Assembly: GCA_032718475.1 (NCBI GenBank)
Contig: JAUCBJ010001408.1
Location: 1-64,000, forward strand
DNA length: 64,000 nt
Origin: Nemertoderma westbladi
Lineage: Eukaryota > Animalia > Xenacoelomorpha
Direction of reading: 5' to 3'
Part shown: piece by piece, positions 38,072-48,743 of the stretch
How positions within the stretch are numbered: position 1 is the first letter of the stretch
How the letters are laid out: every line of letters starts with the position of its first letter
Program-made: the position numbers and the translations under genes
The notes under the pieces: model-generated
Database searches by the model: none
Told to the model about the DNA's origin: nothing
The model's input: only the letters and a program-made list of their open reading frames with translations

Positions 38072-40363
38072 TTATTTACTAGTATTAGGTGGAGATTTGT
38101 AGTCTCCAGACTCGTTACGAGTCTCTTCAAGAAGTACGAGACGTTGAGTCGGTCTGTCTACTGTACGACCGTCAATTGTCCGTACCGTCACAGTTCTTGT
38201 CACTCCATCCATAGATGGATGTGTGGCTAAAATTACACCTGTTATCCAGAAGCGTCTTTTTAGATTCACTTCCGCTAACAGCACGTGATCTCCCGGCTTT
38301 AATGCCCGGGTGTTATTGTACCAAGTTGTTCTGGCAGAAATAGAGGGCAAATAATGGTTTTGCCATACTTCCCAGAATTTGTTAGCCAGTAGTTGCGTGA
38401 TTTTCCACGCTTTTCTACCGTAGCTGTCGCTTTCTGTTGGAATAGAAATTGGCGTCAAAGTGGTCGGTGCCTGCATTAACAGGTGTGCCGGTGTCAAAGC
38501 AAACTGAGATTGTTTGTCATCGGGTACTAATACTATTGGTCTAGTATTTAGTATTGCCTCGATTTCAACAAACAATGTTGTCAGTTGGTCGTCTGTCAGT
38601 ATGTGGTTTACTGGAATGACCTTTGCCATGGCTGTCTTTATAGATCTAATCAATCTCTCCCAGACTCCACCTCTCCAAGGACTATCTGGAGGATTAAACT
38701 TCCAAACAATCTTGTGAGGTTGTAGTTCGTTCGAGATTTGATCATGATCTAATTTCTTAAAGGCTCTAGCAATCTCATTCCGAGCACCAACAAAGTTTGT
38801 CCCTTGGTCTGAGTACAAGCATTTTACTAGTCCGCATCTAGCGATAAATCGCCGCAGTGCTAGTATAAACGCGTTGGTGGAAAGATCCATCACACGTTCA
38901 ATGTGAACTGCCCTACTGGACATACATGTGAAAATCAGTCCCCAGCGTTTTACTAGTATACGTCCACGTTTCGTATGTATGGGACCAAAGCAATCAATAC
39001 CAGTCTCTGTAAAAGGTGGTCTGAATGCTTGAAGTCGTGCTTGTGGTAGTTCACTCAATTCCTGGGTACCTATTCTAGAATGTACCTTTTTACAAATAAT
39101 ACACGTACGTGTCACTGAACTTAATGCTTTACTGGGTCTAATTAATACAAATCTTATACGTAAGTAGGAAAGACAGTGGTGTCTTCCAGCGTGTTTCAGA
39201 TGTAAATGTGCGTCCAGTATCATTGCACGTTGTAGTTCGTGATGTTGCGGTATTATTATTGGGTACCTAAAGTTCGTGTTAAAGTCAATGTTTTGAAGCC
39301 GAGATTTATGACAAATTAAGCCATTATAAATAATCGGACTCCAACTCAGTATTGGTGACGACTTGATTGGTTGACCTTGATTTATGGATGTGAATTCGCG
39401 CGCGAAATATCGCAGTTGGTAATGGCGAATTAATTTAATCTCACACCTGTCAATCTCAGCCAATGTAAGTCGACGTGTAAAGTCACGTTTGCCTTTAACG
39501 TATTGTACGAAACGTACAATCCACGCTAACTTTCGGCAAGCGTTTGACCAAGAGTCTGTTAAGTTTACAATCCGGTCGACGTGAGTATTGGTGACGTCAT
39601 CAGGTAAGTCAATGGAGATTTTGGAAGGTTTTGAATTACTAGAAGGGCCCACGGGTCCGCCGGTAAGTATTCCCTTGTTGACTGTTGATCCGTCCGGGTC
39701 TACAAGTAATTTGTCCTTCTTCGTCTTCTTACCTTGATTGTCAGTACTTTGTAAGTCGATCGTTAATGGTGGTTTGAACTCTATGGGATCAGTGGGTTTC
39801 GGTAAACTTATTTTTCTGCCGATATTAATCCCAGGTTTCACCATAGGTTGCAAGTTCGGTATGTCTCTTGAGCGCAAAGTAACACCTGTATTTACATTAG
39901 CGTAGGTACTACCCACATCTGTAATACATGAGGTTTCACCGTGCTTATGGTTGCTCAAGTGTGTCAAAATTGGTAGTTTGTCAATACAAGGCCGCTCCAA
40001 TAGGGAAACTGCGGCTTTACTGTTAGTCGATACATTACTAATGTCCGGTAGAACATTTTGTGATGTTTCTGACAAAATGTCTAGTCGACTGTCTAGTAAT
40101 GTGTCTGGCGATACGTCTGGTAACGTATCTGGTTGTTTGTCAATAGAAGGCCGCTCCAATAGGGAAACTGCGGCTTTACTGTTAGTCGGTGTGTTACTAG
40201 CGTCTGGTAGAATGTCTGGTTGACCGTCTAGTAACGTGTCTGGTTGACCATCTGGCGATATGTCTGGTGTAGAAAGGCTCGCAAGTCTTCCTCTCTTGAC
40301 CTTTGAAGTTATCGCTTGTGTCCTTCTGGGCTCCTCCCCGAGGCGCACCCACGAGGCGGACAC
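38072..40363 (-). CDS. BEL/Pao integrase ORF with low-complexity N-terminal extension (start uncertain)
   Basis: SW....RKLAWIVRF, H...HAG...CIIC, PFTETGIDCFGP, FTCMSSRAVHIE, SDQGTNFVGA, PWRGGVWERLIRSIK, LNTRP, FW..W...YL. Confidence 0.92.
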   Translation of the reverse strand: MSASWVRLGEEPRRTQAITSKVKRGRLASLSTPDISPDGQPDTLLDGQPDILPDASNTPTNSKAAVSLLERPSIDKQPDTLPDVSPDTLLDSRLDILSETSQNVLPDISNVSTNSKAAVSLLERPCIDKLPILTHLSNHKHGETSCITDVGSTYANVNTGVTLRSRDIPNLQPMVKPGINIGRKISLPKPTDPIEFKPPLTIDLQSTDNQGKKTKKDKLLVDPDGSTVNKGILTGGPVGPSSNSKPSKISIDLPDDVTNTHVDRIVNLTDSWSNACRKLAWIVRFVQYVKGKRDFTRRLTLAEIDRCEIKLIRHYQLRYFAREFTSINQGQPIKSSPILSWSPIIYNGLICHKSRLQNIDFNTNFRYPIIIPQHHELQRAMILDAHLHLKHAGRHHCLSYLRIRFVLIRPSKALSSVTRTCIICKKVHSRIGTQELSELPQARLQAFRPPFTETGIDCFGPIHTKRGRILVKRWGLIFTCMSSRAVHIERVMDLSTNAFILALRRFIARCGLVKCLYSDQGTNFVGARNEIARAFKKLDHDQISNELQPHKIVWKFNPPDSPWRGGVWERLIRSIKTAMAKVIPVNHILTDDQLTTLFVEIEAILNTRPIVLVPDDKQSQFALTPAHLLMQAPTTLTPISIPTESDSYGRKAWKITQLLANKFWEVWQNHYLPSISARTTWYNNTRALKPGDHVLLAEVNLKRRFWITGVILATHPSMDGVTRTVTVRTIDGRTVDRPTQRLVLLEETRNESGDYKSPPNTSK

Positions 40364-41519
40364 CTTTCCACCACCCCTGGGGCCAGTCCAACAGATGTTA
40401 TCATCAGACCGGGCCGGAGGGTGGCCTGATGCTTCCCGGGTTCTGTTTTCGGTCCCCCGATCACACCAGCACAGCTCGTCGAACGTGTAGCCAGATGGGC
40501 GGCTACTGTCAACTTACTGTGGCCTGACTGTACATTGAGCCAACTCAAAGTATAACAAAGAGTCAACCGGCAGGTGGACCAGTCGATAGCGATCGAGCAC
40601 CAAGGTCGCCCTTGGGCCTAACCGACGGTCTTGTCCCAAGCGGGCTTGCGCTACCCAACATGGAATATTGACACGTTTTCACCTGCCTCGCCGGCAATAT
40701 TGAGGGGACACCGTTCCTCAACAATATTGACTAGCTCGAAAGCTAGGAACAAGTAACCACTTACCCGTCCTGTACACGTGTACTCAACAGATGTTCACGA
40801 AATCAAGTACACTACGGTAAACACAAAATCTGACACATACCATGCACACACAGAGGACATAATCGGGTAAAGACAAAATCGGGGTCAAAATCGGGAAAGA
40901 CAAATCAGAGGGGACAAAATTGTATCGACCAAGCACCAAGTCGAGAGTACCTTATTTTGCCGTCAGGGCAAAATAACTTTGTGTGCACAAAGTATGCTGG
41001 GGCGCAGTAAAGTATGGTCCTACTAATACCAGCGGCGTCTTGTCCAACTGGCAAGGGTTCCCATACCCACTCGCAGTGGCCACACATACAATCACGTGTA
41101 CTCACGTACCCACAGCAACAGAAAACTCAAGACCCGACGGTTTATTCCAATGCCACCAAAGACCAAGTCAGCTGAACATGGAGACAATAACATATAGTAT
41201 CAAAAAAACGGAACAGCTGACGGTCAATGGAACCATCCAAGCCCCAAGCAAACTGCCACTGATCGCCCACATACAAAACATAGTCCACGCCACATGAGCC
41301 ACAAATCACGCCATGCCACCACCCCTACTGTGTACAGGACTGGCAGTACGGCAACAGGCCGACTAGACGGTACCACGGCACCATGGCAATTCATGGTTCG
41401 TTAGACACGAGGGCCATCAGTATCTCCCTTGCACTTAGGCGAAGAGATTTAACGTGCCCCCAGACCCTCACGAGTCCGCCGCCGCCTGTTAAAGACACCC
41501 CTATAGAGACCTCACCTCT

Positions 41520-42419
41520 TTAGGTATCTTTCCATTTCGCCTTCGGTTTTTTCTTGAGTTTTGCCACCGTCGTCCTTTTCTTCGCCTTCCCCTTTTTTGG
41601 TTTCTTGATTTCAGCGTCCTTAGGGATGGTGTTAGACTTGTTGTCGTATAACGGCGGCCAATGTAGTGTTGAACCTTGTAAGAATTGTGGTCCGTGTTGC
41701 CAAAATTCTTTGTTCTCCGGTTTACAGAATTCCTCAGGCATCATTCCTCGCGACGCAATATCAGCTGGGTTTTGTGGTCCGGGACAATGTCGCCAATCCT
41801 CTTTTATTGAACGGTCTAGAATTTCCGCGCGACGGTTAGCTACGAATGTCTTGAATTCTAGTGTGTCGTTGTTTATGTAAAATAAAACCAACGTCGCGTC
41901 AGTCCAATAAAATATCTGTAAACTTGACTGTAGTTCCGTCTGTATGAGGTTCACAATGGTGGTTGACAGTGTTGCGGCTTGTAGCTCAGCTCGTGGTGTC
42001 GTCATATACTTAGTAGGCATGGTCTTAGCCTTAGAAGTAATGAGCGAAACATCGAACTCGTCTGAGTCTACTTGTCTGCGCAAGTACGCTGCCACACCAA
42101 AACCGTTGTCACTGGCGTCAGAAAAACAGTGCAATTCCAAGTTGTCAGGAAATGTACTTTGTAATGGAAAGTAAACCCTGGGTATGAAATAATCCTCTAA
42201 CGAAGATAATTCCGCCTCCCAGGTCTTCCATAAGTCCACTTGGTCTGATGAGATCGGCTCGTCCCATGTTAGTCCATCCTTCCATATACTGCGCATATAA
42301 ATGCGGGCTTGCAGTATCACTGGACTGATGAATCCTAACGGATCGAACAATCGGCTCAATTTTGACAAGCATGATCTCTTTGTCAGTATGTTCTCTTGAC
42401 TGTCCAGTCTCACTTTCAC
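41520..42419 (-). CDS. BEL/Pao RNase H / Pao A17 region, in frame with ORF1 after a TGA
   Basis: TKR..LS....FDPLG..SP, ELHCFSDAS, PRAELQAA, WTDA, FVANR, NPADIASRG, W..GP.FL. Confidence 0.92.
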   Translation of the reverse strand: MKVRLDSQENILTKRSCLSKLSRLFDPLGFISPVILQARIYMRSIWKDGLTWDEPISSDQVDLWKTWEAELSSLEDYFIPRVYFPLQSTFPDNLELHCFSDASDNGFGVAAYLRRQVDSDEFDVSLITSKAKTMPTKYMTTPRAELQAATLSTTIVNLIQTELQSSLQIFYWTDATLVLFYINNDTLEFKTFVANRRAEILDRSIKEDWRHCPGPQNPADIASRGMMPEEFCKPENKEFWQHGPQFLQGSTLHWPPLYDNKSNTIPKDAEIKKPKKGKAKKRTTVAKLKKKPKAKWKDT

Positions 42420-45400
42420 TCAAAAGTTGTCTGTGTTTGGGTCCCAAAAGAGCCCCAACACCTTAGTCGTCGGTAGTGGTTCGAACTCTAGGTCTATGTC
42501 ACCACCTCCACGCTCAGTAGTCCCGAATGAGTCTACTAATTCGGCACTGTTTGAGGCGAATTTGGTGAGGTTAAAACCTCCGCCCGCTAAGCAGTCCCGT
42601 AATTGATGTGCTACTGTGTCGCAACTCTGTAAACCGTCGTCTACATAAAAGTCACGTTCTACGATTTTAATTATCTCTGGGTCATATAGATGTTTCTGAT
42701 CCCTAGCGGCCTGCTTTAGGGCGTACATCGTGCAATTTGGGCTGTCTCTGGCACCGAAAACGCGAACTTGCATTTGGTAAGTCGCTGGTGGTAGACTTAA
42801 GTCTCCTTCCGGGTACCAGAGGAACCGCAAACTGTCTCTGTCTCGCTCTAACGCTCTCACTTGGTGAAACATCGCTTCAACGTCACAAGTAAAAGCTACT
42901 TGACGCTGACGGAAGCGCATAATCACCCCCATAAGATAATTATTCATGTTTGGTCCATCCATCAACTTACTATTGAGGGACATTCCCTCAAACAGAGCCG
43001 CACAGTCATTGACTACGCGTACTTTATCTGGTTTGTCGGGGTGTCTCACATAGTGATGTGGCAAGTAATAGGTTTGGTCAGTCACTATCTCCGGGTTAGT
43101 CATTCGGATAGCATATCCCTTAGTCAAATACGTCTCCATCTGAGTGTTGTACTGCAGATGGGCTTTCTCGTCCTTTAATAGACGTTGCCGTATTGAGTGT
43201 AGACGTCTCAAAGCCAGTGGATAGTTGTTTATAAGTTTAGGACTTTGGCTACGCCATAACATCCCTACCTCATAATGTCCGTCTTTCGTCTGGCGGATAG
43301 TATCTTCCATGATCTTCAGAGATTGTTTCTCCTGTTCCGACATACAAGGTTCGTAGCTACCAGGTTCAGCTGTATCTTGTTCTAACCACCTGATAGTCTT
43401 CTCCGTTAATTCTTTGTCCAGTGCAGCTTGTTCCACTTGATGAATTTTCAACGCGTCATCATCGATATCGACGGGCACTGTTGAGGTTATTGGGGTAGGT
43501 AGACTCGCAAGCCTATCATCTGTCGTCGATGGAATCTCTAGCTGACTCGTCTTCTCCCCAAGTTTTAAACTCACCTGGTGGGTTAGCTGCTCCTTGTGAC
43601 TTATCATACTAGTTACATGTCTGTCATGTTTTGTCGACTGTAGCGTAGTATGGTTCACGTCGTGTGAAAAGGAATGAATTGAATTTGTAGTTAATAAACT
43701 ACATGTACTCTGTACATCGACTTCCTCGTCACTTACGTCTAGTGTGCGCACAGGCGCTCGAGTATACCACCCTATCGGCGTTCTGCAGGCGTATGCGTTT
43801 CCCGCTACAACTGCCGATGGTCTGGTTTCCCACACCTGATGTAGGTTGAATTGGTCTGTCCCGATCAGCATTGCTACCGATCTATAATTGACAGGACATT
43901 CGGGTACACCAAGGTGTCTGAAATACTTACGGTCCTCTAGAGATTGTTCCGGCACTGGACCTAGTAGGTTACTAAAGTCCTTCGTAGCCGCAAAGGTTAG
44001 ATCTTTAAAGGGCAACAAAGACCTCTCCCTCTCGCTGTGTTGCGATTTCGGAAGAAGAGAGTCTAAGTCTAACTTAACTCGTGTCACTGGTATTGCACGC
44101 TGTCCGTGCATACTACTTACTGTATAACTGACCTGCTTACCTTGTCTGAGATCCGTCACGACGTCAGCTATCTTTTCATCCACGTAACTGTGAGATGAGG
44201 CTGAATCTAGAATCGCGTAGATCCTCTTACTCCCCTTTGTGCCAGTGATCTTAATCGGGATTACACTGAATCCCTTCAGTTGGTCAGTGGTCAGAAGCGC
44301 GATCGACGGTTGTTCGTCTCCATTGGAATATTCGTCGTCGTCTTCTGATTCTTCGTCCGACGATCCGGATTGTTCTGAGAAGCAATCCTCAATATGGGTC
44401 ACGAAGGTTGGAGTCGTTTTCGATTCTCGTTTCCTGTAGGCCGCATCACATCTTGCTGCTGCTTCCGGGTGTTCCCTGGCGAAGCGTTTCGTCGGCGTGT
44501 GGCTGTCTGTGTGGAGCAGACCGTCGTGGTTGCGTCCACAGGATGGACAAGTGTCGGTATTTGGGCAATCTTTACGGACGTGTCCGTGTCGCGTACACCG
44601 CCAACAAGAGTCCAGTGGCCGTATCTGCAGCTGTCGTTCTTCCGAGTTCAACTCGCGAAATTGTCGACAACCTCGTAACTTGTGACCGATATACCGCTTG
44701 CCTAGATGCTCGCAGTATTGGCAGCCGCTGAAGTCGGTACTGAGTTGTTGTCTCGTCTGTTTTGTCCCAATGGGCGCAGATACCCTACTACCGTCGGAGA
44801 ATTGTCGGGTTTCAGTCGATGTGGTGTAAGTGGCCGTCTTAGTGGATGTTGTCTGGGGTTTTTGTCGGTTGGAGGATGGCAATGTGATTCCTTCTGCCAC
44901 GATGTGCTGGTCGGTGTAGTTAGATCTAGTTTCTACTACTGCCTCCCTGTATATTAAAAGGTACACATCTTCTAATTTTAAGAATCCTCCCCGCTCTTCT
45001 CGCTGGTATTCGACCTTTCTCCACTCCCGACAAAGTCGATGGTGGAGTCGTCCTATGATCTTTAATAGGACTGTAGGGGTATTCCCGTAATCAAGTTGTC
45101 CAATGGATCGTAAAGTAGTGATAGCGTTCTTGATTTCGTCGGCCAGTTTTAATAAGTCGACGGGTTTAGTGATAGCCCCTCCCTTACAGAGTTCCTCTAT
45201 TACTGACCTGGCCATACTAACTGTACCTCCGTATATCGAAGTTAAACGATCGTACGCTAGTTCGAAAGCGTCTGGTACACCAACGAAGGTCTCTGCCAAA
45301 CGTTTAGGTTCTCCTGACAACGTTTGGAGCAGGTAATTGAACTTCTCCCGTGATGTAAAGGCGCACACGGCGATCTGGGATTCGATATAGTCTACGAAGG

Positions 45401-47933
45401 TATGCCAGTGTTTTGAGCTACCGGAAAACTTCGGTGGTTGTTGTACCGGCAATCCCTGTCTGGCTGCGAATTTTGCTATCTCCTCAGCAACGTTCAGAGT
45501 TTCGCGTCCTTGGTTGGTACACTGGTTGATGTTCTCCCTTCTTGGCGCTTTTCCCTGATACGATGTGGGGTTTGAAGGTACCGGTCTTTGTGGTGCCTTC
45601 GGGTGTCTATTGTGTTCGAATTCGGTGTTCCTCGAACTATCGGTTTGAACTTCCTCCAGACGCTCCTCGATCTGAGCCAACTTGTTGACAACTGGTCGCA
45701 GAATGTCGGCGAACTGTTGTGTACTAATTGCGTCCGTTGGTTGTAACGCCTTCTGTGTTGGTGTATTCTGTGGAGGATTGTCTGCAAAGGAGTTGTCTGA
45801 ATGCTCGCGTTTATATTCATCGGCCGCCCCTGTTCTAAATACCTCGCGTTTCGGGTAATCCGATTCGCTCGAAGTACTATTATCATCTGGATATGGTGGT
45901 CGACGTGCTCGCGTCCGTTGCGTCGTACTAATTCTAACGGTTCGTTTCGGAACATCGTCTCGCTTTCGTTGTTCGGTAGGCTCACAAGTCTTCCTCGAAG
46001 TCGTAGATTGCGATGTAAACTGGTTGAGCGGTCGCGTATCCACTGTTCTCCGTTGTTCGGTAGGCTCACAAGTCTTCCTCGAAGTCGTAGATTGCGATGT
46101 AAACTGAACCGGTGGTCGGATGACCGCGTTTGAATCCAAAGGCCTTGTAGGTCGAAACGTCATTGGGTAAGCGTAGTGTGTAACGGGTTTAGGTGTCAAA
46201 GGTGGACTCACCTGTTTAGTCGTCAGTAGTGCAGGTCCAGTCAACAAACTACTACGATCTGTAATCGGCGGGTTACTTACCTTGACTTTCGGAATAGGCG
46301 ACGACGTTGCTCTTGGCGGTGTAAACTTGTCCGGAATAACAAACCTGTGTTCCGTCGCACCATGGATAGGAGAAATATCACTACTACCCGCAATCGAAAC
46401 AGGTTCCTTAGTCGTAACCGGTGCAAACATATGCGTTACCTGTGGGAATCGTTGACACACGTCTTTTACTAATTGTCGTTCCCGTCCGGGTGCTCCTACA
46501 CTTCCTTCTTTCTTCCGTTCCTGAATTTGGCGATGTCTTACCTCTAACTGGTCCAAATCATGTCCGTCACGAGATCTCATCGATCGATCGCGGGCCTTTT
46601 GATCCAAATCTTCCTCGGCGTTCGCTAATTCTCTCGCCTTCTTCTCGAGTTCGAAATGAAGTTTAGCTGTCTTCTCTCGTTGTTCCGTTTGTTGTCGTTG
46701 CGCCTCAAACTCCGCTTGTCGTATAGCGGATTGAGCTTTTATTTGCCGTGTTTTCATTTCGGCCCGCGCTTCCGAAACTAACCTTTCTCGTTCTAATTCT
46801 GCCGCTGCCGTTTGTCGCTCTAGTTCGGCCGCTGCGTTTTGTCGCTCCAACTCAGCCGCTGCGTTTCGTCGCTCTAACTCGGCCGCTGCCGCTTGTCGTT
46901 CCAACTCAGCCGCTGCCGCTGCCGCTTGTCTGGCAATGTCTACTTCTAACCTTTCTACTTCAGCTGCTTCTAATTCAGCTTGTTCCTGTAGATGAGAGAT
47001 TCTTGCTATATTCGCAACGCGTAGCTTCTCTTCCTCTACTGCTGCCTGCATCACTAGAAGTTGAGCTTGTTCTTCCATTTCTTGTCGTTGTCGGTGGAAT
47101 TCTTGCTGTTGTCGAGCAACTTCTGACGTGACTATACTTCCCTCGCAGATTTCGCTACGAATACTTACCAACGATTGGTCCAGTATTCCCGGTGCCGATT
47201 CAATTCGTACGGGTGAAATTTCCCTCGTATATTCCGGCACGGTTTCCCAATCTCCGACGTCTTCGCCGCACATACGTAAGTGGTCCGTCAGGTGTTTCAA
47301 TTGTCCATCAAGTCGGTACAGTTCCTGTTCTTCCTCGGGCTGTAATAATTCGTCCGAAACTGATTCACCTAACAACTGGTCCGCTTGTTCCTGTTGTATC
47401 TGTCTAATCGTCGACTTAAACTGAATCAGTTTCTCTCTAGCGATCATCAGTTTCTCGAGGATTCTAAGTTGAGTATCCATGTCCTGTCTCTGTCTAGCTA
47501 GATCTTGTAGACCAATTAGGTTATCTACGGACTTGTGTACTCTACTTTGTACTCTAACCTGGAGGGTGTAGAACTCGAATCGAGACATCGGAGTGGTCAA
47601 CTCGTCTAATATGCGTTGGCCTTCCCCAATACTCCTGGTTATATGCGCCATGTAACCACCGACGCTTCTAATCACACTTTCTGTGCTTCCTGCTGAACTT
47701 ACCATTTCCGTTTCCCTGTATCTAGGTTGCGGAACAGTTAGAAAGTCCTCGGTCCTGCCGTCGCCTCGTACTATGGCATCCGGTACTCCCGTTGGATGTA
47801 CTGGTGACGCACACGGTGTAGGTTCGGTAGGCTCGCGAGTCTTCCCCTGTTGTTCTTCCGCTGCTGACTTATCTCCATCACATAAGTCATAGTCGGTTTG
47901 TGTATTCTTCGTATAGTCTTGTTTGTCACTCAT
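42420..47933 (-). CDS. BEL/Pao Gag-protease-reverse transcriptase polyprotein
   Basis: Coiled coil (AAAELERQ repeats), PKFSG capsid-like region, three Cys/His knuckles ending CPSCGRNHDGLLH, LDSAS protease, YYLPHH, K.RVV.D, DVEAMFHQV, FYVDD. Confidence 0.95.
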   Translation of the reverse strand: MSDKQDYTKNTQTDYDLCDGDKSAAEEQQGKTREPTEPTPCASPVHPTGVPDAIVRGDGRTEDFLTVPQPRYRETEMVSSAGSTESVIRSVGGYMAHITRSIGEGQRILDELTTPMSRFEFYTLQVRVQSRVHKSVDNLIGLQDLARQRQDMDTQLRILEKLMIAREKLIQFKSTIRQIQQEQADQLLGESVSDELLQPEEEQELYRLDGQLKHLTDHLRMCGEDVGDWETVPEYTREISPVRIESAPGILDQSLVSIRSEICEGSIVTSEVARQQQEFHRQRQEMEEQAQLLVMQAAVEEEKLRVANIARISHLQEQAELEAAEVERLEVDIARQAAAAAAELERQAAAAELERRNAAAELERQNAAAELERQTAAAELERERLVSEARAEMKTRQIKAQSAIRQAEFEAQRQQTEQREKTAKLHFELEKKARELANAEEDLDQKARDRSMRSRDGHDLDQLEVRHRQIQERKKEGSVGAPGRERQLVKDVCQRFPQVTHMFAPVTTKEPVSIAGSSDISPIHGATEHRFVIPDKFTPPRATSSPIPKVKVSNPPITDRSSLLTGPALLTTKQVSPPLTPKPVTHYAYPMTFRPTRPLDSNAVIRPPVQFTSQSTTSRKTCEPTEQRRTVDTRPLNQFTSQSTTSRKTCEPTEQRKRDDVPKRTVRISTTQRTRARRPPYPDDNSTSSESDYPKREVFRTGAADEYKREHSDNSFADNPPQNTPTQKALQPTDAISTQQFADILRPVVNKLAQIEERLEEVQTDSSRNTEFEHNRHPKAPQRPVPSNPTSYQGKAPRRENINQCTNQGRETLNVAEEIAKFAARQGLPVQQPPKFSGSSKHWHTFVDYIESQIAVCAFTSREKFNYLLQTLSGEPKRLAETFVGVPDAFELAYDRLTSIYGGTVSMARSVIEELCKGGAITKPVDLLKLADEIKNAITTLRSIGQLDYGNTPTVLLKIIGRLHHRLCREWRKVEYQREERGGFLKLEDVYLLIYREAVVETRSNYTDQHIVAEGITLPSSNRQKPQTTSTKTATYTTSTETRQFSDGSRVSAPIGTKQTRQQLSTDFSGCQYCEHLGKRYIGHKLRGCRQFRELNSEERQLQIRPLDSCWRCTRHGHVRKDCPNTDTCPSCGRNHDGLLHTDSHTPTKRFAREHPEAAARCDAAYRKRESKTTPTFVTHIEDCFSEQSGSSDEESEDDDEYSNGDEQPSIALLTTDQLKGFSVIPIKITGTKGSKRIYAILDSASSHSYVDEKIADVVTDLRQGKQVSYTVSSMHGQRAIPVTRVKLDLDSLLPKSQHSERERSLLPFKDLTFAATKDFSNLLGPVPEQSLEDRKYFRHLGVPECPVNYRSVAMLIGTDQFNLHQVWETRPSAVVAGNAYACRTPIGWYTRAPVRTLDVSDEEVDVQSTCSLLTTNSIHSFSHDVNHTTLQSTKHDRHVTSMISHKEQLTHQVSLKLGEKTSQLEIPSTTDDRLASLPTPITSTVPVDIDDDALKIHQVEQAALDKELTEKTIRWLEQDTAEPGSYEPCMSEQEKQSLKIMEDTIRQTKDGHYEVGMLWRSQSPKLINNYPLALRRLHSIRQRLLKDEKAHLQYNTQMETYLTKGYAIRMTNPEIVTDQTYYLPHHYVRHPDKPDKVRVVNDCAALFEGMSLNSKLMDGPNMNNYLMGVIMRFRQRQVAFTCDVEAMFHQVRALERDRDSLRFLWYPEGDLSLPPATYQMQVRVFGARDSPNCTMYALKQAARDQKHLYDPEIIKIVERDFYVDDGLQSCDTVAHQLRDCLAGGGFNLTKFASNSAELVDSFGTTERGGGDIDLEFEPLPTTKVLGLFWDPNTDNF

Positions 47934-48732
47934 TTCGGTAGTTGTAAGTCAAGTAAAGTGAGTGTCAAAGTATCGAGTTTACCGTATTTATATCTAAACG
48001 GTACTAATTACAGTCTTATAAAATTAGCCTACCGGCCGATTTTATAGCAGATGGATAAAATTAGCCTAAACGGCCAATTTTACAGCAAATAAATGTCACG
48101 GAATAAGTATATAATAAAATTAGCCTAGTGGCCAATTTTATAACAAATAAATCGGATAACGATATGCGTTATCAAAAAGGTAAATTAAATACAATAATAC
48201 GGACTAATTCAGCAATGAACAAAGAAATCATACGGAATGCATAAATACTTGAGACAGTGGAACCCACAATAATTTTAACTAATACGGTAATGCCTAACTT
48301 ATTTATGCAACTTTTCGAACTCACCCACTCCAATAATTCTCCAGAAAAACAGATTCCCAGATACAAACCGGACGTGAACCTTTCCGTTTTCAGCGTTGCG
48401 GACGAAGCGCGATTTTCCCAACCAAAGTAGTTGGGTTATCTATCTCCCAAACTTGCTAAACACGGTCTTGCTCCCGTTACAGTCTAGAAATGAGTCCTGA
48501 ATCCTGAAAAACAAAAGAGTTAGGTTTTACTTTACGAAAAATTTTGTACCGGTACAATATGGTATTTAAACCCTTTTAAACACCGGTATTCAATTCCAAA
48601 ATATTTTACGCGCGGTTCAAATCAAATTTTATTTCAAAAAATTAGCACTTAGCTAATCAAATACGAACTTTTACCTCAAAATACAAAATTTTCAAAATAA
48701 CTTTAGTCCTACCGAACCGTAGTTCAGTAAAA

Positions 48733-48743
48733 CATATTCCTAC
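48733..48743 (-). promoter_or_regulatory. Atypical primer-binding site complementary to the element's own LTR
   Basis: Sense GTAGGAATATG abuts the 5' LTR; its exact complement is at 49775-49785 and 31793-31803; no TGG start. Confidence 0.7.

Noticed and set aside
40364-41519. Group II intron or hammerhead ribozyme in the pol spacer
   Set aside because: No recognisable domain V; CTGATGA occurs near 40401-40407 but I could not build the stems and GAAA core by eye.
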